This document shows positions 57,302 to 64,000 of a stretch of 64,000 nucleotides of DNA, piece after piece (within the stretch, counting starts at the first letter, position 1; the number at the start of each line of letters is the position of its first letter). The stretch comes from Candidatus Bathyarchaeia archaeon. GTDB lineage: Archaea; Thermoproteota; Bathyarchaeia; Bathyarchaeales; Bathycorpusculaceae. The stretch is from positions 32,001 through 96,000 of the forward strand of contig JBEKBM010000003.1 of assembly GCA_050015395.1 (NCBI GenBank). The letters run 5' to 3'. A model generated the notes under the pieces. The model was not told the origin of the DNA. It ran no database searches and worked only from the letters and a program-made list of their open reading frames with translations. Made by a program: the position numbers and the translations under genes.

Positions 57302-58735
57302 ATGCCCGGAAGATTCCTTGGTCTCTTCAAACCAATAGGAAGAGTTTTACCCGAAATTAAAAAGCCTGAGCGAAAGGTAAGTTTTAACGAGAAAATCTTC
57401 TGGACTGGGCTTGTCTTAATTATTTATCTTGTTATGGCTCAAATCCCGCTTTACGGTGTTTCAGCATCAGCCCAAAGCTCGTTTAGTTCATTGAGAGTTA
57501 TTTTTGCTTCGAACAATGGAACATTGATGCAGTTGGGTATTGGGCCTATTGTTACGGCTGGTTTGATTTTGCAGTTGCTTGCTGGTTCCTCTATTATTGA
57601 GTGTGATATGTCGAATGCTGAGGATAGAGGATTATTCACTTCTGCAAGTAAAGTGTTCACTATCGTTCTCACTGGTATTCAGGCTGCCGCGTACCTTATA
57701 AGCGGCATGTTCGGTGTGATTTCTGGATCTGCAACGTTAGTTATTTTCTTGGAGCTTCTTAGCGCTGGCGTAATTGTTATGTTAATGGATGAGCTTGTTC
57801 AGAAGGGCTGGGGACTAGGCAGCGGAATTAGCTTGTTTATCATGGCTGGTGTTGCTCAGAGTGTTCTCTGGGATACATTTTCGCCTACTACTGGTCTGTT
57901 TGTGGGTTCTCTTTCAGCTTGGCTAAGCCACGGGCAGACGTTTTTGGCTTGGGCATTTGGGACTGCTTCTGGAGTTTATCCATCTTTGCTCGGGTTCTTT
58001 GCTACTATTGGCGTCTTCTTGGTGGTTATTTATTTGAATGGAATTAGAATTGAGCTTCCAATGAGTTATGCAGGATACAAAGGCTTCAGAAGCAAATATC
58101 CAATTAAACTACTGTACGTTTCTAACCTTCCAGTCATTTTTGCGTCAGCATTGTTCGCAAACGTTTACTTCTTCTCAGAATTGCTATGGAGTTCACAGGG
58201 TCGTCCTCGTCCCGAAACGAATCTTTTATTCCGGATAATAGGTGACTTTAACGTAACAACTTCAGGTACTGGTACTAGTGCTACTACTAGTATCCGACCT
58301 GTAGGCGGGCTTGCTTACTTTACGACTGCGCCAGCTAATATTCAACAAGTTGCGCTTGACCCGTTAAGGGCTGCTTTTTACTTGGGCATTCTTGTGGCTT
58401 TCTGCGCTGTTTTCTCGCTGATTTGGCTTGAGGTTGGTGGTTTAGGTCCCTCAAAAGTTGCCAAGCAGCTAATGGATTCAGGCATGCAGATTCCTGGTTA
58501 CCGCAGGTCAGGAAGACCCATAGAAACTGTCCTTAAACGTTATATACCTGTAGTCACGGTTCTCGGCGGAATCATCGTTGGGCTGGTAGCTGCGGTTGCA
58601 GATTTCTTTGGCACTTTCGGTACGGGCGTAGGCATATTGCTGTCGGTGGGTATTATTTACCAGTATTATGAGTTGTTAATGCAAGAAAGAGCTGCCGAGA
58701 TGTATCCTGCTTTCAGGAGAATCCTTGGAGAGTAG
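57302..58735 (+). CDS. secY: Preprotein translocase subunit SecY
   Basis: LGIGPIVTAG, GLGSGISLFI, YPIKLLY.SN.P, QIPGYR. Confidence 0.97.
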   Translation: MPGRFLGLFKPIGRVLPEIKKPERKVSFNEKIFWTGLVLIIYLVMAQIPLYGVSASAQSSFSSLRVIFASNNGTLMQLGIGPIVTAGLILQLLAGSSIIECDMSNAEDRGLFTSASKVFTIVLTGIQAAAYLISGMFGVISGSATLVIFLELLSAGVIVMLMDELVQKGWGLGSGISLFIMAGVAQSVLWDTFSPTTGLFVGSLSAWLSHGQTFLAWAFGTASGVYPSLLGFFATIGVFLVVIYLNGIRIELPMSYAGYKGFRSKYPIKLLYVSNLPVIFASALFANVYFFSELLWSSQGRPRPETNLLFRIIGDFNVTTSGTGTSATTSIRPVGGLAYFTTAPANIQQVALDPLRAAFYLGILVAFCAVFSLIWLEVGGLGPSKVAKQLMDSGMQIPGYRRSGRPIETVLKRYIPVVTVLGGIIVGLVAAVADFFGTFGTGVGILLSVGIIYQYYELLMQERAAEMYPAFRRILGE

Positions 58736-58978
58736 GCTAAAGCAGGTTTGCTTTAAAAATCTCCTCTTTTTGAGTTAATTTGATTTTAGTCTAAATTCAA
58801 ATTTTTCTTTATTTTGCTTTATTAAAAAGAGGTTTTTTGATTTTTTGTTGCCGTCGGCATAATGCCTCATTAATAAATGATGTCTTTCTTGAAGAGGGGT
58901 ATGGATAATACACGTTAAACCGTTAAAGCTAAGGGACAGCAAGAAGAAGATTCAAGTTATTCTAATTTTTGCCTAATT

Positions 58979-59392
58979 TTATCCTTTTATGGTCCAGCCT
59001 TTTTTGTTCAAGATCTCCTGTACCGCTGGAAGATCGAGGGCGAATTTGGTGTGTTGGCAGTTGCTGGATTGGCAGTAATCGCACCAAACGTTGTCTGGCT
59101 TGAAGTAGACGTCTATTATTCTTCCTGTTGATGTTTTGCTGTGGAGGGTTCTGTCTAGAATTCTGACTCCTTCTTCATTTACGTTAAAGTGCTCTAGGGA
59201 TGGCAGTTTTGGCATGGGCTGTGCAGTGTTTAGTTCTTCAAACCTTTTTCTTATAGCTTCTTTTATGAATTCGGCTCGGCTTTTGTATCCTCTTATGCCG
59301 CGTTTTATGATTGAGTCAATTTCGTCCATTAACTCTTTTGGCAGTCGTACGGTTGTGTAGTCGTCTGAGTTGGTTTCTTCGTTTTGAGGCAT
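58979..59392 (-). CDS. RHH regulator with C-terminal Zn-binding domain
   Basis: YTTVRLPKELMDEID...YKSRAEFIKEAIR; WCDYCQSSNCQH. Confidence 0.8.
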   Translation of the reverse strand: MPQNEETNSDDYTTVRLPKELMDEIDSIIKRGIRGYKSRAEFIKEAIRKRFEELNTAQPMPKLPSLEHFNVNEEGVRILDRTLHSKTSTGRIIDVYFKPDNVWCDYCQSSNCQHTKFALDLPAVQEILNKKGWTIKG

Positions 59393-59457
59393 GTGACATT
59401 CATGATTCAATGGTGACAACGTGAATTTAAGCGTATTGTTGTTTAACGGTGCAAAGT

Positions 59458-59534
59458 CATTGTCGAGCGATTGAGTGGTTGGTGTCGACAATGCCTAAAT
59501 ATTCGCTAAACTTGTATGTATCAAGCGTGATACA
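59458..59534. promoter_or_regulatory. Inverted repeats between the divergent RHH genes
   Basis: CATTGTCGA-N18-TCGACAATG (59458-59493) and TGTATCA-N4-TGATACA (59517-59534). Confidence 0.55.
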
Positions 59535-59537
59535 AGA

Positions 59538-59699
59538 ATGACAGAATATACCACAATAAGGCTTCCTAAAGGCCTCCTAAAACAGGTTGATGACGTAGTT
59601 AAGAATCAAGACTTGGGGTATTCATCAAGGGCAGAGCTTGTCAAAGACGCCGTCAGAACCTACCTAGCAGCATTAAAACAGCCTAAGAGCCCACAATAA
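59538..59699 (+). CDS. Small RHH regulator (53 aa, not in ORF track)
   Basis: MTEYTTIRLPKGLLKQVDDVV...YSSRAELVKDAVR. Confidence 0.85.
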   Translation: MTEYTTIRLPKGLLKQVDDVVKNQDLGYSSRAELVKDAVRTYLAALKQPKSPQ

Positions 59700-59765
59700 A
59701 GCCCCATACATCCTATGTGTTGCTTGTTCATTTTCGCCGCCTCAGAGTGGCGTTGAGCTGATATT

Positions 59766-60002
59766 ATGCATAAAAGAAATTCTCAAAAATTGCAAGAACG
59801 AAAAATCCGCGGTATCATCCTGTGCGGCAGCTTCAACGACAGAAACGTTGGTGAAGCCGTCTCCAAAATGACGCGTGTGGACGTGATGGCGCAGTTGAAT
59901 GAGCCAGTCGAAGTTCACCTTATCCCCGACATTGAGAAAGGCGAAGTCCTGATTGATTCGCGTGGGCAAGGGAGTTTGCAGCGGGGTGGCGAATTTTGTT
60001 AG
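59766..60002 (+). CDS. Hypothetical proviral protein
   Basis: 78-aa ORF in the rightward proviral transcript. Confidence 0.55.
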   Translation: MHKRNSQKLQERKIRGIILCGSFNDRNVGEAVSKMTRVDVMAQLNEPVEVHLIPDIEKGEVLIDSRGQGSLQRGGEFC

Positions 60003-60048
60003 CTTTTTGTGGTTGGTTTTTTGCACAAATAGTAGGGTATCCCTGTAG

Positions 60049-60450
60049 GTGAGACAGTTGCCTCGTAGGTTAAGTCTTGAGAGACGAGTTAACGCTCGGC
60101 TTAACAAAATGCGCCGCATCCTACATGTTGACACTCAACACACCCGCAAGAAGCTTCTGCTGCAGTTAGAAGACCTGTTTGAAATCTCAAGCAACTATGC
60201 ACGCGGAAAAGTCCAGCGGGTAGTTGACGAAGCAGGAAAAGAGCGCCCCCTAACAATTGCCGAACGCCAGTTTTACGCGCGAATCGCAGCCTACATAGCC
60301 CAGATCATCAATAATCTCGCAAAAGGAATCGACGAACGCCAAATTGACAGAGACCTAGACAAGCTGGAGGCGATGCTGAATAAAACAGCGGCAGCGGTCA
60401 CGGCTATGGCGGATGATAGAGGGTCACCAGGAAAGTCAGAAGGCACCTGA
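60049..60450 (+). CDS. Putative terminase small subunit
   Basis: Helical 133-aa ORF overlapping the TerL start; assignment by position only. Confidence 0.55.
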   Translation: MRQLPRRLSLERRVNARLNKMRRILHVDTQHTRKKLLLQLEDLFEISSNYARGKVQRVVDEAGKERPLTIAERQFYARIAAYIAQIINNLAKGIDERQIDRDLDKLEAMLNKTAAAVTAMADDRGSPGKSEGT

Positions 60451-61777
60451 AACAGCTCCCGTGAGCATTACTGTGCCTGAGGATCCTGTTGTTTTCGCGC
60501 GAGAATTTTTTGGATTTCAGGTCAAAGAGTACCAGGCTAGCCTTCTCCGGGACAAGAGCAAACGCGTTGTGGTACGGTGGAGCAGGCAAGCGGGCAAAAC
60601 TACCTGCATTGCTTTGCGGGCGATTTGGTTCGCATGCGCCTACCCGAAAACGTTGACCTTGATTGTGGCTCCTACCCTTCGCCAAAGCATGATCATGTCT
60701 GACCGTATTGGGGATTTTCTAGGTGAGCTTCCCAAAGAGAAGAGATCGGCGCTTGTTGAGAAGTTGCAGCGCACAACCGTCCGCTTCAAAAATGGTAGCC
60801 GAATCATCGCCCTACCCAACAGCCCCCAACTGCTAAGAGGGTATGCAGCTAGCCAAGTCATTACCGATGAAAGTGCATTCTTCAAGGATGACAAGCTTGT
60901 CTTCTACAATGTCCTCTATCCCATGCTTAGCACCACTGACGGAGCCTTGATTGCTTCAAGCACGCCCTGGAGCAAGGACAGCGTCTTCTACCGAATGTGC
61001 CAAGCGCCCGAATTCAGCAAACACACCGTAACCTGCGAAGACGTCGTAAAAAGCGGCCTCACCAAACAAAGCTTCATCGACGAGATGCGGAGTCAACTTC
61101 CGTTTGAGCGCTTTCAACGGGAGTTCATGGCTGAATTCGTGGAAGACGTTGACGCCTGGTTAACTCAGAGCCTCATCGTCAGCTGCATCGACAGCCAACT
61201 GGCACCTTACGATTTTCAAGCTCAGCCTCAGGGCGAATTCTATGCGGGCGTTGACTTTGGAAAAGAACAAGACTTCAGCGTTGTCCTATTGGTCGAGAAG
61301 CAAGGCTCCGTGTTGCGGGTAGTTCATGTCCACCGTTTTCCATTGCATACTGAGTACGCCAGCGTTATCGGGTACATCAAAAGCCTGCAAGACCGTTGGA
61401 GAACAATCAGAGCAGTGTACGGTGACATTACTGGAGTTGGCAACTATATTGTTGAAGATATGGTTCATAGCGGAATCCAAGGCGTAACTGGAGTAGCCTT
61501 CACAGTTCAATCAAAAGAAGAAATGGCTACAATTCTGCGCGAAAAAATGCGAAATACTGAAATCAAAATTCCCTACGTTCCCGCTAGGAAGCTTGAAGAT
61601 ATCGATTTAACGGCTGAATTGAACATTGAAAAATATGAACTTATGAAAACCGGATACTTACGCTTTAGTCACCCAGAAGGCGGACACGACGATGTTTTCT
61701 GGAGCTGCGCTTTAGCTTGTTATGCGGCTCTGCAAGCGCCACTGCCTGGTAAGGGCGCCGTTATGCTACCACACTAG
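60413..61777 (+). CDS. terL: Terminase large subunit
   Basis: SRQAGKT Walker A, ITDESA Walker B, SSTP, GVDFG, GHDDVFWS. Confidence 0.92.
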   Translation: MIEGHQESQKAPETAPVSITVPEDPVVFAREFFGFQVKEYQASLLRDKSKRVVVRWSRQAGKTTCIALRAIWFACAYPKTLTLIVAPTLRQSMIMSDRIGDFLGELPKEKRSALVEKLQRTTVRFKNGSRIIALPNSPQLLRGYAASQVITDESAFFKDDKLVFYNVLYPMLSTTDGALIASSTPWSKDSVFYRMCQAPEFSKHTVTCEDVVKSGLTKQSFIDEMRSQLPFERFQREFMAEFVEDVDAWLTQSLIVSCIDSQLAPYDFQAQPQGEFYAGVDFGKEQDFSVVLLVEKQGSVLRVVHVHRFPLHTEYASVIGYIKSLQDRWRTIRAVYGDITGVGNYIVEDMVHSGIQGVTGVAFTVQSKEEMATILREKMRNTEIKIPYVPARKLEDIDLTAELNIEKYELMKTGYLRFSHPEGGHDDVFWSCALACYAALQAPLPGKGAVMLPH

Positions 61778-61925
61778 GAGTTGGATTGGTTGATTAATCA
61801 AACATTGGGCAAACTCTTGTCTCTATTCATATTTGGAATTAATAATCGTTAAATCCTTTGCCCCCGAAAGTAGCAAGTATTTTATAGTTAAAAGAAGAAT
61901 CAATAAAGGCAAATCGGGGACTAAG

Positions 61926-63071
61926 ATGAGAAAAGATATAATTAAGCAAATTCAAGACTTCCGAGGTTCCAAGGTTATTGTGTATTTTACCGGTGATAGG
62001 CAATTAGCTAATGCCCGTATAGCGGAAGACGCAGTGAGACCATTATACGACCATTTGTTGTCAATAGGGAAGACACCGAAAATTGATTTATATCTTTACA
62101 GTCGAGGGGGCAACGTAAGTGTTCCTTGGCGGATTGTTACCATGTTCAGGGAATTCTGTGATGAGTTATCTGTCATCGTTCCCTACAAGGCTTACAGTGC
62201 TACGACATTAATCTCCCTTGGTGCTGATTCGATCATCATGGGCAAGAAGGCTGAATTGGGTCCCATTGACCCCACGCTTGAGAAATCTTTCTCAGCTGAA
62301 AATGCAGGTCCTCCGGAACAAATCAGTGTAGAAGATGTCAACTCCTTCTTGTCATTTGTAAAAGAAAGAGGTCACATCACTGACCAAGCCGCTTTAGCAC
62401 AAGTCATGTGCTTATTAGCCAATCAGTTAACACCTTTAACGTTGGGAAGTGTAAACCGCACAAATTCACATATTCGCCTTGTCGCAAGAAAGTTGCTAAC
62501 GGCTAGGAAAGAAAAGTTTGAAGAGTCAAAAATAAACTCAATAATCGAAACATTAACAGAAAAAATGTATTCTCACGGTCACGGCATTGGACGAAAAGAA
62601 GCTTTAGAAATTGGTCTGCCCATAAAGATGCCAGAAGAAAACTTAGAAACGGTTATATGGCAGCTTTACCTAGAATATGAACAGTTGCTTAAGCTCAATG
62701 AGCACATCGACCCAATCTTTTCATTACTTGGACAAGAGCAAGTTCACTATGCTGATGTTCCTATCGGTATTATCGAAAGCGAGAACTTACTACATGCTAT
62801 TAAGATACAAATTGATATGAAGAAGAGAAGACAGATACCACCAAGCCCTCAAATAAACTTGAACGTTAATCTGTCGCTGCCACCAGGCATAAGACCTGAA
62901 GAAATTCCCCAACAAGCTCAACAGATTCTTCAACAAATGTTACAGCAAGTTACACAAAGCCTACCGCCTCTTGTGCAAGGGGAAATTATAAGACAATCTC
63001 CAGAAACGGGCATCGAATCGAGAGCTTATGGAGCGCGATGGTTAAAGTATAATAATGAGGATTTAACATGA
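61926..63071 (+). CDS. SDH/ClpP-class serine protease
   Basis: LYSRGG, AYSATTLISLGAD, ELGPIDP, HGHGI. Confidence 0.85.
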   Translation: MRKDIIKQIQDFRGSKVIVYFTGDRQLANARIAEDAVRPLYDHLLSIGKTPKIDLYLYSRGGNVSVPWRIVTMFREFCDELSVIVPYKAYSATTLISLGADSIIMGKKAELGPIDPTLEKSFSAENAGPPEQISVEDVNSFLSFVKERGHITDQAALAQVMCLLANQLTPLTLGSVNRTNSHIRLVARKLLTARKEKFEESKINSIIETLTEKMYSHGHGIGRKEALEIGLPIKMPEENLETVIWQLYLEYEQLLKLNEHIDPIFSLLGQEQVHYADVPIGIIESENLLHAIKIQIDMKKRRQIPPSPQINLNVNLSLPPGIRPEEIPQQAQQILQQMLQQVTQSLPPLVQGEIIRQSPETGIESRAYGARWLKYNNEDLT

Positions 63072-63274
63072 ATAAGAAGGGGATAAAAATGGAAACCAAC
63101 CTAAATATTCTACCCTTTGGTCAAATGGTGATTACAATTAAAAGCAGCAAAATTGTTGCCGGGAAAAGAGACCAGAACGTAGTCTATTCAGAGCCCCGAA
63201 CAACTGAACAAAGCGTTGTAGAGGTTGAGTTAGAGGGCAATTACTCAGCCCCAGAGACAACTGTAGGTTCTTAG
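63068..63274 (+). CDS. Small hypothetical protein coupled to the protease gene
   Basis: ATGA overlap with the protease stop. Confidence 0.5.
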   Translation: MNKKGIKMETNLNILPFGQMVITIKSSKIVAGKRDQNVVYSEPRTTEQSVVEVELEGNYSAPETTVGS

Positions 63275-63430
63275 CTTCATTTCTTATTTATCATCACTTC
63301 CAATGGGTCATTGCAGTAAAATATAGCGGTTATGTTACTTAGGTATTTTATACATCATGATCGCTTTTTTCTAACAAACGTGAATTATTACTAGCTTGCT
63401 GACCCTGACGCATTAGCACGCAAAAACTTA

Positions 63431-63619
63431 ATGGAAAAATTAATGGAACACAAATCAGAAACTAAACGCGACAGCAAGAATCTATGGCTACTTAAAACTT
63501 TAGATTGGAAAATTTTACGCTTTTCTGGGTCTGAAACAAACGAAAACGCGGCTAAATGTTCAAACATAGTTGAGTGTGAACTGCTCTTAATAATAGTAAC
63601 AAGGTGTAAACGAACATGA
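63431..63619 (+). pseudogene. Remnant of a DUF559/Vsr-like endonuclease
   Basis: RD...L...WKILRFSGSE matches the DUF559 C-terminus; N-terminal part decayed. Confidence 0.45.
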
Positions 63620-64000
63620 GTTTTGTTGCCGAAAAAATCAGCGAAAGCTTCCAGAAACTGCAGGCAAGATTAGGCTTTAAGGCTCAGCGGCAGGTGCCGC
63701 CTGACGTTAGCCGTCGTCAGATTGAAGAGGAGGTGCCTCTTAGCTGGAAGAAGGATGAGATGCTCTATGGTTACGTTTCCCGTTATATGCTCAAAGGTTC
63801 AGGCGCAGGCTTCGTTACTCCGCCATACACTGCCTACTGGGACCGCATTTGGGGCGCAACGCCAATAGAGGACTTGCCAAAGTACAAGGACCTATACACG
63901 TTTACTTCGTACATCAAGGCAGCAATCGATGTCACCGTTAATCTCGCCATCAGCAACGGTTTTGAGTTAAACGGCGGAGACGACGGAGTTCGCCAGTGGC
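63616..64000 (+). CDS. Probable portal protein (runs off the window edge)
   Basis: AGGTG SD; open frame MSFVAEKISES...YKDLY...IKAAIDVTVNLAISNGFEL; position after TerL. Confidence 0.65.
   Translation, partial: MSFVAEKISESFQKLQARLGFKAQRQVPPDVSRRQIEEEVPLSWKKDEMLYGYVSRYMLKGSGAGFVTPPYTAYWDRIWGATPIEDLPKYKDLYTFTSYIKAAIDVTVNLAISNGFELNGGDDGVRQW

Larger units (their letters stand above)
58979..64000. mobile_element. Left part of a head-tail (Caudoviricetes-like) provirus or derived element
   Basis: Divergent RHH pair, TerS-like, TerL and probable portal gene; boundaries and att sites not visible. Confidence 0.8.

Overview
Archaeal chromosome segment, most likely Bathyarchaeia (inferred from the TACK-type ribosomal protein operon, the aroA'/aroB' pathway, hyp genes and gene style; not verified by search). 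In order: an aromatic amino acid operon on the minus strand (aspartate kinase, aroA', aroB', aroD); housekeeping genes (IMPase/FBPase, phosphoesterase, CdrS-like RHH protein, pyrF, aconitase); a ~21 kb accessory region (13.3-34.2 kb) downstream of tRNA-Leu(UAG); tRNA-Thr(GGU) followed by HicAB and VapBC; hypFCD and hypE split by an EVE-nuclease gene; the rpl22-rpl30 ribosomal operon, separated from rpl15-secY by a 5 kb block around an intron-containing tRNA-Leu(UAA)-like gene; and the left part of a head-tail provirus (divergent RHH pair, terminase, portal). Top candidates for new biology: (1) a 27-aa leader peptide ending FDYYFYHYFP upstream of the aromatic operon, whose Tyr/Phe codons can pair with the aspartate kinase SD and AUG, suggesting ribosome-mediated attenuation in an archaeon; (2) integrase-less arrays of short cassettes, mostly toxin-antitoxin modules, each closed by a copy of the 3' part of the neighbouring tRNA, at three tRNA loci; (3) apparently intact genes that seem to need CTG or ACG starts. 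Family assignments come from motif recognition only; no database searches were run.
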